The translations under genes were made by a program, and so were the position numbers. A DNA stretch of 64,000 nt from Holophagales bacterium (lineage in GTDB: Bacteria; Acidobacteriota; Thermoanaerobaculia; Multivoradales; UBA5704): NCBI GenBank assembly GCA_031404815.1, contig JANNIH010000013.1:45196-109195 (forward strand), written 5' to 3'. Under the pieces are notes generated by a model. That model worked only from the letters and a program-made list of their open reading frames with translations, searched no databases and was not told the DNA's origin. How positions within the stretch are numbered: the stretch's first letter is position 1; every line of letters starts with the position of its first letter. Positions 1 through 9,677 of this stretch are shown here, piece after piece.

Positions 1-6
1 CGGGCG

Positions 7-1683
7 TCACTGCAGGAACATGACGACGCGGATGTAATCGATGCTGAACACCGGGCGGAGGGTCATGGTGACCGCGACGATGCCGCGGATCTCTTGGTCG
101 CGCGTGGCCGAAACGCCGAGTTCGTAGGAGACCAGCATCTCGTCCTGCACCATCTGGGTGAGGAAGCCGTTGATCGCGGTACGCAACGCGCCACGCACCC
201 GCTCGTTGTTCAACCGGCCGATGAACGGATTGGCGGCAGAGCGCACACCGAACGAGGCGAAGTCGATGATCCGCCGCGTGGTGATCTGGCGAAACGCCGT
301 GTTGGTCGAGCTGGTGAGCCCCTGGACGATGCGGAGACCCTGGCGCTTTTCCAGAGCGAGCACCCGTGCCTTCACCATCTGTTCCAGCTCGGCGCGGGAG
401 AGGTCGTATTCGAGCCCACCTACGAAGAGCGTCTTGTTGGTCAAGGAGACATGCGCGGGCAGGCTCGACAGCAGGCCGGCCACCGCCGCCGCCGCGAACG
501 ACCCCGGCAGCGCCACATCGACCGGCGGCGAGGCCGCGCGATCGGCGGTCTTGATGCCGGGTGCCACGAAGATCACCCGATCGCTCGCGAGCGGATGGCC
601 CAAGGCCTTGGCGAGGAACGCGTCTTTGGTGGCGGCCGAGCCGCAACCGATCACGCCGATCCGGTTGCGTTGCACGAGATCCGACGAAGCGATCGCGCAA
701 TGGGCCGACAGCTCGTCGCCGAACGACTCGTCCTGGCCCGCCGCGACGATGATGTGGGCATCCTGGTTTTCGAGCAGGTCGAGGCCACCTTTGTAATCGG
801 CGCCGGCGGCACCATTACTGCCACCGACCAGGCGGTCGAAACTCGGGGTGAGGTCGAGGATCTCGTCGATGTGCGCGAGGTTTTCCACAGTGCCTTCGAC
901 CCACGCCGAGGTGGCGAGATCGCGGATCAGATCGCGCCCTGATACCACGGGGAAAACCTCTTTGGCTTCGCCGAGCCGGATCGTCACCTGCACCGCCTTG
1001 CTGCTGTCGGCCATGTAGGAGGCGATCAATTTGTCGCCCGCGGGAAGCGGGGCGTTCAACGTGACCGCACCGCTCGCGAGATCGACCACGACCTGGCCGG
1101 GATTCGGCACCACGGCTGTGTCATAGACGATTGCGAGCGGCCGATCGGAGCCGCCACCGCCCGGTCGAACGCGGATTCGGTTGCGCGAACTCTGGATCAC
1201 CAACTCGACCGCCATCTGCAACCCTTGAACGTCCTCGTCTTCGACGAACGCGTTCTCGGTCGCGGCCTCGATGCGCACTTCGAGATCGTTGCCCCAGGTG
1301 CCCGGGCTCTTGGCCACCAGCTTGACCGGCTGGCCGGAAGCGGAGGTGAGCACCCGCTCCGCGCGGGTCGCGAGGATGGTTCGAGCCGCGTCGTTGTCTT
1401 TCTCCGAGACGCGCACCGCGATCGCGGTCGTCGCGCCATGCTGGAACGCCAGCTCGAGCGCGCGGGTGAGGGTCAGCTCGTCCGCGGTCCCGCCCTGCCA
1501 GAGGTCGTACTCGCCGAAACGCGCGCGCGCCTCGGCGAAGCTTGCGAGGATGACCGGCTGATCGACCGGCCCTTTGCTCGCCGTCCCCACCACCCCGAGA
1601 TTGCCCACCGTGATCGCGGTCGGGACGATCAGTCCCTCGTCGCGAACTTCGATGGATACGCCTGGAAGCACTGTTTCGGCCAT
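7..1683 (-). CDS. Contractile tail sheath protein (phage/eCIS-type). 559 aa from ATG at 1681-1683. The upstream in-frame ORF extension to 1866 has no RBS.
   Basis: The C-terminus ...EIRGIVAVTMTLRPVFSIDYIRVVMFLQ matches the conserved sheath C-terminal fold. Length and composition are typical of sheaths. RBS AAGGAG lies 7 nt upstream of the ATG. The gene abuts the window edge, so the rest of the tail/CIS locus lies below coordinate 1. Confidence 0.75.
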   Translation of the reverse strand: MAETVLPGVSIEVRDEGLIVPTAITVGNLGVVGTASKGPVDQPVILASFAEARARFGEYDLWQGGTADELTLTRALELAFQHGATTAIAVRVSEKDNDAARTILATRAERVLTSASGQPVKLVAKSPGTWGNDLEVRIEAATENAFVEDEDVQGLQMAVELVIQSSRNRIRVRPGGGGSDRPLAIVYDTAVVPNPGQVVVDLASGAVTLNAPLPAGDKLIASYMADSSKAVQVTIRLGEAKEVFPVVSGRDLIRDLATSAWVEGTVENLAHIDEILDLTPSFDRLVGGSNGAAGADYKGGLDLLENQDAHIIVAAGQDESFGDELSAHCAIASSDLVQRNRIGVIGCGSAATKDAFLAKALGHPLASDRVIFVAPGIKTADRAASPPVDVALPGSFAAAAVAGLLSSLPAHVSLTNKTLFVGGLEYDLSRAELEQMVKARVLALEKRQGLRIVQGLTSSTNTAFRQITTRRIIDFASFGVRSAANPFIGRLNNERVRGALRTAINGFLTQMVQDEMLVSYELGVSATRDQEIRGIVAVTMTLRPVFSIDYIRVVMFLQ

Positions 1684-1726
1684 CTGAGATCTCCTTTCGG
1701 CCTGTTCTATTGAGAAAGCATCGGAA

Positions 1727-2761
1727 TCAAGCGCCGTGCGTGCGCAGGTAGAGCACCGCGGGATCGATCGCCCAGCCGGCAGCCGGCTGGGCGATCGAGA
1801 TCTCGAGGCGGTCGATCGATCGTGGAAGTGTGATTTCGGGGGAGAGTGCCAAGTCGCGCAGCGCATAGCGATCCGCGACCAGGTCGAGATCCCAGTCGCC
1901 CAGCTCGACCTCGTCGGTCGCTACGGCGAACAGCGCGAGAAAGTCGGCGAGCGTTGGCAAGGTCATCGAGGCGTGGGCCGAGGCCGCGAGATCGGTGAGC
2001 GAAGCGGCCACCGCCGGAGCGCCGAGCGCGCCGGTATAGGTGCGGGTGAGCGTCACCGCGACGGCGGGCGGCGCGCCGGGCAGGTAGGCGACGGCCGAGA
2101 AGCGGAGGAGGCGCCCCGGCCCGCGCAGCCGCAGCGTCGGCTGCCCTTCGCGGTCCCAACGAACGAGCGGGCCGGTGACCACCCAGGCCTCGTGGCCGCT
2201 CGGATCGAGCCCGGAGAACGGCGAATCGAGATCGGACTCGACCGGGATGCGAGAGATCAAACTCGCTGCGCCATCGACATCGCGGTAGCGGTATTCATAG
2301 AGCGCGCGGTACGAACCGGTGCGCCGAAAGCCGCCGGGCGAGGTCTCGGCGGGGGTGAGCGCACCCGGCTCGAAACGCAGGAACCCGAGCGCCCGCAGCT
2401 CTCGCCGACGGTCGAGCAACGCGGCATGCGCCGCGAGCAGGGCGGCATCCGCCCCTGCGGCATCCACCGCTTCCACCCCCACTTGGAGCCCCACGTCGAG
2501 ACGCCCCCCCTTGATCGTCGCGAACGACAATCCGCCAGGGTTCTCCAAGCCGACCAGGTTCGAAAGCCCCACCGATTTGGGTGTCGCCTCGGTCACGGAG
2601 ACCGTCGGCAAGGGCGCGGGCAGGCTTGCGAGCTGGGCCGAAACCCCGCCCACCAAACCGGCCAAAACATCCGCAAACAGCGGCGTCGCATTCCCAGGAA
2701 TCAGCACGGCCAGAGTCCTCCCCTTGGCGCATCCCAGAGTCGCGCTCATAAGTCCGGTCAC
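1727..2761 (-). CDS. Hypothetical protein co-transcribed upstream of the sheath (344 aa; GTG at 2761 or ATG at 2749).
   Basis: Long ORF on the same strand, 44 nt upstream of the sheath start. No family recognised by eye. Protein-like composition. Confidence 0.45.
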   Translation of the reverse strand: MTGLMSATLGCAKGRTLAVLIPGNATPLFADVLAGLVGGVSAQLASLPAPLPTVSVTEATPKSVGLSNLVGLENPGGLSFATIKGGRLDVGLQVGVEAVDAAGADAALLAAHAALLDRRRELRALGFLRFEPGALTPAETSPGGFRRTGSYRALYEYRYRDVDGAASLISRIPVESDLDSPFSGLDPSGHEAWVVTGPLVRWDREGQPTLRLRGPGRLLRFSAVAYLPGAPPAVAVTLTRTYTGALGAPAVAASLTDLAASAHASMTLPTLADFLALFAVATDEVELGDWDLDLVADRYALRDLALSPEITLPRSIDRLEISIAQPAAGWAIDPAVLYLRTHGA

Positions 2762-2847
2762 GGACCCGCGACTCTCGTGTTCGCTCAGAAGCTTGGGCGC
2801 CCCGGGGGGAGGATTTGTTACGGGGAGATTTGAAACCGTCGGCAGCC

Positions 2848-2882
2848 GGGGCGAACGGGCCCGACCGAACCGGCCGGGCCCC
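2848..2882. repeat. REP-like palindromic extragenic element, copy 1 (GGGCGAACGGGCCCGACCGAACCGGCCGGGCCC).
   Basis: Near-identical 33-35 bp element is also present at 8928-8962. Both copies sit in 3' intergenic spacers. Inverted repeat GGGCCCG/CGGGCCC. Confidence 0.5.
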
Positions 2883-2908
2883 GGCCAAGGAGGTGCCTCA
2901 ACCCCCTC

Positions 2909-3238
2909 TTACGGCGGGCAACCCTGGTTCATCCAGTTCTGGAACATCTGGATCTGCGCCGCCGTGAGGGGTGTGAGGGGCGGCGGCGGCATGGGGTTTC
3001 CGGGGTTGGAGATGCGGCCGTAGATAGTGGCGGCGTTCGCCAACACCGCCTCGTAGGAGGTGAGGTCGAAGCGCCACATCATCGGGCCTTGGAACTGTTT
3101 GAAGAGGGGCATGATGTCCGCCGCGAAAGAGACGGGGGCCGGCTGGGCCGAGGCGGCCGGGGCGGCCGGGGCGGATGCCGAAGCGGGGGCCGGTTGGGCT
3201 TTCCGGGCGGCGTGCCGGACCTGGATGGGTTGTCTCAT
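2909..3238 (-). CDS. Small hypothetical protein (109 aa; Ala/Pro-rich N-terminus, C-terminal ...NWMNQGCPP).
   Basis: Strong RBS AAGGAGAG 6-7 nt upstream of the ATG. Lies immediately downstream of, and on the same strand as, the sGDH-like gene. Confidence 0.5.
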   Translation of the reverse strand: MRQPIQVRHAARKAQPAPASASAPAAPAASAQPAPVSFAADIMPLFKQFQGPMMWRFDLTSYEAVLANAATIYGRISNPGNPMPPPPLTPLTAAQIQMFQNWMNQGCPP

Positions 3239-3259
3239 TGACTCTCCTTGTTAGACCTC

Positions 3260-4534
3260 TTACAGATCACGCAACGGGATTCGCCATAGGCCACCGGTGC
3301 CGGACTGCGCCGCCACTCCCCCGCCGGAGACCATTTCGAAGTCTCCGAAATCGAGGACGTAGGCTGCATCGCCGCGGACGCGGACGTCGATGGGACGGTG
3401 GCAGGGGTTCTCCCCTCCCAAGAGCACCGGGTGCAGCGACCAGTCGGTGGGATCGAGGCGGAGAATCGTCCGTCCAACCTTCGGCCCCGCCGGTCCGGTC
3501 ATCGGCCGTTCGTCTCCGAACAGCGCGACGAGAACCTGTCCTCTAAAGCGGCCGGCGTAGGCGGAAGCAGCTTCGGGAATCACGGCGAGCTTGGTGGCCG
3601 CCGCGTTGACCGCGAATTCGAAAAGCGGCTTCTCGGGCGGTGGCAGTTCCGCGTGGTTGCCCAGGAGCAGCTCGGGGGCCGGGCCGCGGGTTGGCTCGAA
3701 GCGTGGATCGGTGACCGGCACGCCGGCCACGAAATCGGGCCAGCCGTACCAGGCTCCCGGCTTCACTTCGAAGAGCACGTCCGGCGCGTTGCCGATCGGC
3801 CGACTGCCGCGATCGTCCGCGCCCTGGTCGGTCGCGAGAAGCCTGCCGTCGGGCAGGAACGCGAGGCCGTAGGCATTGCGCAGACCCCAGGCCACCAGCT
3901 CGAGATGCGAACCGTCGAGATCGCAGCGCAGGACCGCGGCGGTGCAGGGCACGCGGCCGGCGATGCGGTGGCCCGCCGCCGCGGCAACGCCGAAGGGGGA
4001 GAAGGCGCCCGTCCGGGCTCGGCTGTCGTCGGTTAAGTCCAGGGGATTCGCCGTCTCAGAGCTCCCGCCGACGAGGACGACATCGTAGCCCGGGACATCG
4101 CAGTCATGCGGCAGGCGGCCGAGCCAGCCGAGCTCGTAGGCGTCGAGACCGATGATGCCGCTGTTGGTCATCGCACCCTGACTGAACCAGAGCTTGCCGT
4201 CCGGCCCCACGACCGCCATGTTGGTGTGGTAGTTGCCGAGCCCGGGCAAGTCGTCGAGGATCGTGACTCTCTCGCCGCCCGGCGCCCACCGGCTGATCCG
4301 GCCAGGAGATCCGCCTTCGGAGATGTAGAAGACGCCATCGTGAAAGCAGAGGCCGTTGACCGGAAAGCGCAGGTCCGTGAGCAGCGTCTCGGTCGAGCCT
4401 CCGGAAACGCGCAGGATGCGCCCTCCGGGTTGCGCGCCGCCGAACGGCAGCCCGGATTCGGCGATCCAGGGCACGCCCTCGGCGTCGAAGGCGAGGCTGG
4501 TCGGAAAGTCGAGGCCCTGGACGACCTGTTCCAT
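3260..4534 (-). CDS. PQQ-dependent sugar dehydrogenase (glucose/sorbosone dehydrogenase, GSDH family).
   Basis: GSDH beta-propeller signatures: AYGLAFLPDGRLLATDQG, PWIAESG, GRILRV. Start ATG is about 4534 (MEQVVQGLDFP...). Confidence 0.7.
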   Translation of the reverse strand: MEQVVQGLDFPTSLAFDAEGVPWIAESGLPFGGAQPGGRILRVSGGSTETLLTDLRFPVNGLCFHDGVFYISEGGSPGRISRWAPGGERVTILDDLPGLGNYHTNMAVVGPDGKLWFSQGAMTNSGIIGLDAYELGWLGRLPHDCDVPGYDVVLVGGSSETANPLDLTDDSRARTGAFSPFGVAAAAGHRIAGRVPCTAAVLRCDLDGSHLELVAWGLRNAYGLAFLPDGRLLATDQGADDRGSRPIGNAPDVLFEVKPGAWYGWPDFVAGVPVTDPRFEPTRGPAPELLLGNHAELPPPEKPLFEFAVNAAATKLAVIPEAASAYAGRFRGQVLVALFGDERPMTGPAGPKVGRTILRLDPTDWSLHPVLLGGENPCHRPIDVRVRGDAAYVLDFGDFEMVSGGGVAAQSGTGGLWRIPLRDL

Positions 4535-4553
4535 ATCCCCTCGGGTCAAACCC

Positions 4554-5129
4554 TTAGCCCAAGTCTTTCCAGAAACGGATAGCCGCGAGCGCGACCAGAT
4601 AGGCGCCGGTGAGCGGCTCCGCCCATTCGGGAAGAAAGCGCCGCAGCCGCGCGGAGGTGTACAGCCCGACGCAGCCGAGCCCGCCGCTGATCCCACCGAT
4701 CAGGAGCGAGGAGACGACCACCGGATAGCCCAGCGAGCCGAGCCCCAAGCCAACGAAAAGGTTGTCGAACGAGAGCGAGAGCGGCAGCACGAGGAGCAGC
4801 AACCAGCCGGACGCGAAATTCTTGGTTACCGTCTCTTGGCGCCGCTCGCGCAGCGCCGCGAAGGTGATCAGGCCACCGCACAGGGCGAGGACCAGAGTGC
4901 CGATCGTTTCGGCCGGCGGACCGGCGATGCGCCGAACCAGGTTGCCAAGGCCGAAGCCGACGAGCGGCATGGCGGTCTCGCACAGCAAGAAAGAACCGGC
5001 GAGCGCGAGCCGGCGCCTTCGTCCCATGCGGACGAGCCCCAGGCCGGCCCCCACCTGGAGGTTGTCCAGGCCGGCCAGCAGCCCGAGGATGAGGACGGTC
5101 CCAAGCCCGGTCACGGCAGGAGTCTCAAC
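4554..5129 (-). CDS. MntP/YtaF-family membrane protein (putative Mn2+ efflux pump).
   Basis: Hydrophobic protein with two internal repeats carrying LDNL / SFDNLFVGLGLG motifs, typical of MntP. Probable GTG start near 5129. Confidence 0.45.
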   Translation of the reverse strand, partial: VETPAVTGLGTVLILGLLAGLDNLQVGAGLGLVRMGRRRRLALAGSFLLCETAMPLVGFGLGNLVRRIAGPPAETIGTLVLALCGGLITFAALRERRQETVTKNFASGWLLLLVLPLSLSFDNLFVGLGLGSLGYPVVVSSLLIGGISGGLGCVGLYTSARLRRFLPEWAEPLTGAYLVALAAIRFWKDLG

Positions 5130-6846
5130 TCTGCGGCAAGCCGTAGATGCGCAACAGGCCGCCGTTGCGGCCGTAGACCAGCGCGCCCGCCACGACATAG
5201 TCGCCCCACACCGCCGGCCCCATGCAGTAGCCGTAACCGCCGTTGTCGCCGCCGGTCTCCTCGCCGAGCTGGTCCTGCCAGAGCGGAGTACCGTCGGCGA
5301 CCGAAAACGCGTAGACCGTGATCATGGTGGTCGCCATGAACACCACGTCGTTGACCACCGCCGGAACGCTCAAGCCCGATTCGGTGGCGTTGGTGTACAT
5401 CGGCGGTCGGGCCTTCTGGTAGCGCTGCGGATCGTTGTCATCCAACGGCCAGGCGTCCGACAGATCGTCCCAGGAGAGGGCGCGCATGAACGGCGTCGTC
5501 TCGGTATCGATACCCGGTGCCAGCGGGTGATAATTGTTGCCGCCGAGGCCGACGAAGAGCCGCCCTGTCCCCGGATGAATCGCCGCGGTGCTGTAGGTCC
5601 CCGAGTAGTTTTCGCCCTTGTTCGCGTTCGCGTTCGACACCTCGTTCGGCACGCGGGGATTCATCACATTGTTGTTGGTCTCGTCTGCGGTGCCGTGCGG
5701 ATCGACGGTCGCGATCTGCCCGCCGTCGTTGTAGAACGGCAGCATCTGGCGCAGGGCGAGCGGCACGAGCGTCTGCGCGTCGAGCACCATGTACGAGCCG
5801 TTCTTGCAGCCAACCCCAACCCGCCGATGGCCCTGGGCGTCGGTCCACAGGGTGGGCGCGCCCCCCACGTCGACGTCGATGTCGGTCACCCGATAGCTGC
5901 TCTGCGGCGGGAACTGCACGAAGTTGATGAACGTTCCGGTGTCTGCGGCGAGCACGAGGAGGCCGTTCGAGGTCCCCAAGCTGGGCAGCTCGGAGTCCGG
6001 ACTCGGATTGCCCGTCGAGCAGTAGAGCCGCTTCAGTGTCTCGTCGTAAGCGATACCGGCCCACACCGAGCAGCCCTTGGTCACCGGCGGGCCGTCGAAC
6101 ACGGTGAAGCCGGCCGGCGGCGGACTACTCAGCGTTTCGGCCGGGAGCTGGTTCGGCTGGTTCGCCTGGTTCGCCTGGAACTGGCAGGTGCAGAAAATCC
6201 ACACCACGTCGCCGCTCGCCGCGTCGAGGCAGTAGACGAAGCTGTAGAGGAACGGGTTTTCCCCCTCGCCGAACCCGACGTAGAGCTTGCCATTGACGAC
6301 GACCGGCGACGACCAGCCGGCGGCCGGCGCCAGCCCCTGCTCGGCGCCCAGGTCGTTGGTCACCGGCTGGTTGTGCAGGGCATCCGCATAGCGCAGGTCG
6401 GTGACCCACAGCAGCTTCAGAGTGGCCTGATCGAGGCAGTAGATTTTGCCGTTGAAGGCGCTCCAGTAGACCCGCCCGCCGGTGACGCACGGCGTGCAGC
6501 CCATGCCGCAGAAGCCGTGCGTGTCGCGCTCCTCGGCCGGGATGTCCCAATGGAAGACCGCGGTGATCGCGCCGGTCTTGAGCTCGACTTTATAGAAGGA
6601 GCCGCCGTTGCTACCCACCGCCTCGTGGCTGTTGGCCGTCCCTACGTAGACGAAGCCGGCCACCACCGCCGGGGTCGACAGGATCGGGCCGTCCAGCTCG
6701 ACGTCCCAGAGCGTCGCGAGCGTGCCCACGTTGGCGCTGGTGATCGAGCTGCCGGTGACCAGCCCGCTGTGGGCCGGATCGCCGTGGAACATCCACCAGT
6801 CGGAGACCGGGGCGGGCGGTGAGGCCGTGGAGGAAGCTTGCGCCAT
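5125..6846 (-). CDS. PQQ-like beta-propeller repeat protein (573 aa).
   Basis: Repeated W/G-rich propeller blades (WMFHGDPAHSG, GRVYWSAFNGKIYCLD, GKLYVGFG...). ATG at 6846 preceded by RBS GAGGAG. Confidence 0.7.
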   Translation of the reverse strand: MAQASSTASPPAPVSDWWMFHGDPAHSGLVTGSSITSANVGTLATLWDVELDGPILSTPAVVAGFVYVGTANSHEAVGSNGGSFYKVELKTGAITAVFHWDIPAEERDTHGFCGMGCTPCVTGGRVYWSAFNGKIYCLDQATLKLLWVTDLRYADALHNQPVTNDLGAEQGLAPAAGWSSPVVVNGKLYVGFGEGENPFLYSFVYCLDAASGDVVWIFCTCQFQANQANQPNQLPAETLSSPPPAGFTVFDGPPVTKGCSVWAGIAYDETLKRLYCSTGNPSPDSELPSLGTSNGLLVLAADTGTFINFVQFPPQSSYRVTDIDVDVGGAPTLWTDAQGHRRVGVGCKNGSYMVLDAQTLVPLALRQMLPFYNDGGQIATVDPHGTADETNNNVMNPRVPNEVSNANANKGENYSGTYSTAAIHPGTGRLFVGLGGNNYHPLAPGIDTETTPFMRALSWDDLSDAWPLDDNDPQRYQKARPPMYTNATESGLSVPAVVNDVVFMATTMITVYAFSVADGTPLWQDQLGEETGGDNGGYGYCMGPAVWGDYVVAGALVYGRNGGLLRIYGLPQS

Positions 6847-6858
6847 CGAAATCTCTCC

Positions 6859-8247
6859 TCAGTGCGCGCTGCGCATCAGGGTCCAACTGAAATCGGCCTG
6901 GCCGGCCCGGTAGTGGCAGCTCATGCAGCTGTTACCCCCAGCGCCGGCCGCGTCGCTTTGCGACTGGAGGTAGGTTTCCATCACCGCGTTCGTCACCCCG
7001 TTCGCCGGGAACGCGCCGCCCGCATTCTGCGGATAGATGCCGCCGGCCTCCAAGGTCTTCCAATTCAACGGCTGGCTCGGCCACTGGGTGAGGACGAGTT
7101 GGTAGTACTGCCAGACCGTCTTGCCCATCAACTTTTGAAACTGCATATTGAGCGCCGCGGTGCTGTCCGGAATCGGATTGAAACGGGTGACCTGGACCGG
7201 CGTGCGATCCTTCAGCTTCTGGAGCGGCGCCGGACTGGGCGGCCGGTTGGCATAGCCGCCGACGGTCGGCGGCGCGCTCGTGCCGTTGTTGAACGAGTAG
7301 TGCGCGCCAAGCAGAGGATTCGCCCCGGGCACGTTGTCCACCTGCTCGAACGTGCTCCAGATCCATTGCGGAAACGCCGCAAGCTTCTGCGCGATGTGAA
7401 AACCCACCAGGCCGACCGTCTGCGCGCTGCACTGCTTGGTCAGCGGATCGTAGACCTGTGCCCTCACCGTATAGAAACGCCCCGGTTGGTCTTTCTTCGG
7501 GTCGATGATCTTCCAGCCCGCCTTGACCATCAGCGCCCCCTGGGTGCTCGGTGGTGCGCTCATCGGCATCGAGATCGGCTCCTTTTTCTCCAGGTTGGTC
7601 AACAGGTAGAGCCAGGATTTCAAATCGAGATCGCCGCCGCGGATGAACTCGTACTGTGCCTGGTTGAACCGGATCTCGTAGACCGCATACTGTTTCGACT
7701 GATCGATCAACGGATACGAGAACGCCTGCTTTTGGATCTCCACCACGCTGTCGCCTTTGGTATAGCGCACGAACACCTTCTGCCCCGCCGCCACTTGCGG
7801 GCAGACCCCGACCGAGCTGTTGGGAGCCTGCCAGGCGGCCGGCCGGCCGGTCCCCTGGTCGAATAGCTCGAAGTCCTCTTTGTAGGTCCCCCAGACGACC
7901 GGCGCGCCCTTCGCCGCGTTCAGAAAGACGGCCGGATCGCCTGGCTGTTTCGGCGTCCCCCGCGGACTGTTCGCCGCCGGCCAGGAGAGGGCGATGAACG
8001 ACTGCCAAGAGAAGCTGTCGAAAAACGGCCGCGCCTGTTCCGGGCTCGTCACACCCGATGGAATGATCACCGTGAGCGGCAGGTTGCCGCTGAGTGTCGG
8101 GCTTGGAGGTTGCGGTGGGGGTACGGGCTTTGGCGCCGGGGTGGGCGGCGAAGCCTGCCGGCCGAAGCCGGTGGTGGCGAGGAGGGTCGGCACCAGGGTG
8201 CAGAAGACCAAGAGCATCAGGGAACGAATCTTCGGCGCTACCGACAT
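6859..8247 (-). CDS. Secreted hypothetical protein with a single C-terminal heme-c motif (CMSCH).
   Basis: N-terminal signal-peptide-like segment MSVAPKIRSLMLLVFCTLVPTLLA. CxxCH lies 20 aa from the C-terminus. First gene of the PQQ operon. Confidence 0.55.
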   Translation of the reverse strand: MSVAPKIRSLMLLVFCTLVPTLLATTGFGRQASPPTPAPKPVPPPQPPSPTLSGNLPLTVIIPSGVTSPEQARPFFDSFSWQSFIALSWPAANSPRGTPKQPGDPAVFLNAAKGAPVVWGTYKEDFELFDQGTGRPAAWQAPNSSVGVCPQVAAGQKVFVRYTKGDSVVEIQKQAFSYPLIDQSKQYAVYEIRFNQAQYEFIRGGDLDLKSWLYLLTNLEKKEPISMPMSAPPSTQGALMVKAGWKIIDPKKDQPGRFYTVRAQVYDPLTKQCSAQTVGLVGFHIAQKLAAFPQWIWSTFEQVDNVPGANPLLGAHYSFNNGTSAPPTVGGYANRPPSPAPLQKLKDRTPVQVTRFNPIPDSTAALNMQFQKLMGKTVWQYYQLVLTQWPSQPLNWKTLEAGGIYPQNAGGAFPANGVTNAVMETYLQSQSDAAGAGGNSCMSCHYRAGQADFSWTLMRSAH

Positions 8248-8405
8248 CGTTTGGGACCTCCCGCGAATGAAAGAACGGTACCATACAACTACAGGATGTC
8301 GTCAACCATTGCGGTACCACCCGGAAAGGCCTGTCCCAGAGATCGCGAACTTGGCAATCCGATGGCGTACAATCACGAAACGACACACCGAAAGGGGAGG
8401 TAAGA

Positions 8406-8912
8406 ATGAGCAAGCACCACCATTCGATCGTGGGCACCTGGGCACTGGTCGAAGCCTGGGACATCGGTGACAATCCAAACGACCCGACTCAAAAGACCTA
8501 CCCCTGGGGCGATCCACCGGCGGGCTACTGGGTCTACGACAAAAGTGGCCATTTCAGCCTGATGATTTCCCAGAACCCGGCTCTGGCCATCCCCGCCGAC
8601 CCGTTTTCCGGCAATCCCCAGCCCAACTGGCTGAACCCCACCGCACCGTGGAACGTGCCCCACGATCTACTGATCGCCACGTTCGCCACAGCCAGTCCCT
8701 ATGCCTACTTCGGGACCTACACCGTCGAGATCGACGAACACGATCCCGACCAAGGCAAGATCCTGCACACGGTCGTTTCCGATGTGATGCGCGCCTACAC
8801 CGGCACCGTCCAAACCCGGCCGTTCCGGTTCGACGGACACGACTACCTGAACGTCGGCGTTCCGGGAACATCTCGGGGAAGTTACCTCAGGCGCCTGCAA
8901 CGACTGACGTGA
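8406..8912 (+). CDS. Lipocalin-like domain protein (168 aa).
   Basis: N-terminal SIVGTWALVEAWD motif is typical of the lipocalin-like family. RBS GGGGAGG upstream of the ATG. Confidence 0.5.
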   Translation: MSKHHHSIVGTWALVEAWDIGDNPNDPTQKTYPWGDPPAGYWVYDKSGHFSLMISQNPALAIPADPFSGNPQPNWLNPTAPWNVPHDLLIATFATASPYAYFGTYTVEIDEHDPDQGKILHTVVSDVMRAYTGTVQTRPFRFDGHDYLNVGVPGTSRGSYLRRLQRLT

Positions 8913-8927
8913 CGGCGAGCGGGGGTC

Positions 8928-8962
8928 CTCCCCAGGGCGAACGGGCCCGACCGAACCGGCCG
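8928..8962. repeat. REP-like palindromic extragenic element, copy 2.
   Basis: Matches 2848-2882 at more than 90%. Sits between convergent 3' ends, so it may act as a bidirectional terminator. Confidence 0.5.
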
Positions 8963-8990
8963 GGCCCTGGCACCTAACGGCTCACTCGCA

Positions 8991-9311
8991 CTACTGCCCC
9001 ATGAACTCGAGATCGAGCTCGACCGCAACGGGCGCCAGAGCGGGCGTCGCGTTCTCCGCGATCAGGAAATCCGCTGTTGCGGCGGGCGCGACCGCCGCGA
9101 ACAGGCCGCAGGTGTTCTGGGTCCAGAAGCAGCCGCAGGGGCCGCTGCTCTGACAGGTGGCGCCGGTGTAGCTTCCGGTGTCGACGCACTGGCGACAGAA
9201 CGGCCCCACCCTCTGGCACTGCTGATCGCAGGCCGAGGCGGCGTCGGCCAAACCGAGGCTGCCGACCGCGATGAGGGCGAAGAGAACGACGATGAAACGA
9301 TTCTTCGGCAT
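8991..9311 (-). CDS. Small secreted cysteine-rich protein (106 aa from MPKNRFIVVLFALIAV...).
   Basis: Signal peptide followed by eight Cys in about 50 aa (CDQQCQRVGPFCRQC...CQSSGPCGC...C). RBS GGGAGA upstream of the internal ATG at 9311. Confidence 0.4.
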   Translation of the reverse strand: MPKNRFIVVLFALIAVGSLGLADAASACDQQCQRVGPFCRQCVDTGSYTGATCQSSGPCGCFWTQNTCGLFAAVAPAATADFLIAENATPALAPVAVELDLEFMGQ

Positions 9312-9677
9312 GGGGATCTCCCGAGAAGCGATACGAAGAACATTCTCCGTACCATAACTTCTACGGAAAGCGGGTGCCGAATGTTTGAGACGCATCACCC
9401 GGCGCCCCAAGCCTCTTTCCAATACGATTTTGGAGCGTTGTCGGCATTACCACTTTTCGACCCCTTCCGTGTCTATAGGTTCAGCGCCACTGCATGCATT
9501 TTCCGGGCTAGGGGTGAATCGCGCGAACCGAGGGTTAGAGGTGATAGCGACCGCCTGACGGGTCGCCTACTCTGATCTTCGAACTGCCGATCCGAATAGG
9601 AGGAGAATCATGACGTGGAAAACGACGGCTTTCTATCATCAGAGAGCTGGGCCGCTTCCTCAGGGAAATGAAGTCCG

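Noticed and set aside
94-1713. Several plus-strand ORFs (94-942, 158-796, 1225-1713 and others) inside the sheath gene.
   Set aside because: They are antisense to a gene with a clear family signature. Their Arg/Pro-rich low-complexity translations are typical of GC-rich antisense frames.
4762-6822. 686-aa plus-strand ORF.
   Set aside because: It is entirely antisense to the PQQ beta-propeller and MntP-like genes. The R/A/G/P-biased composition and lack of an RBS mark it as a GC artefact.
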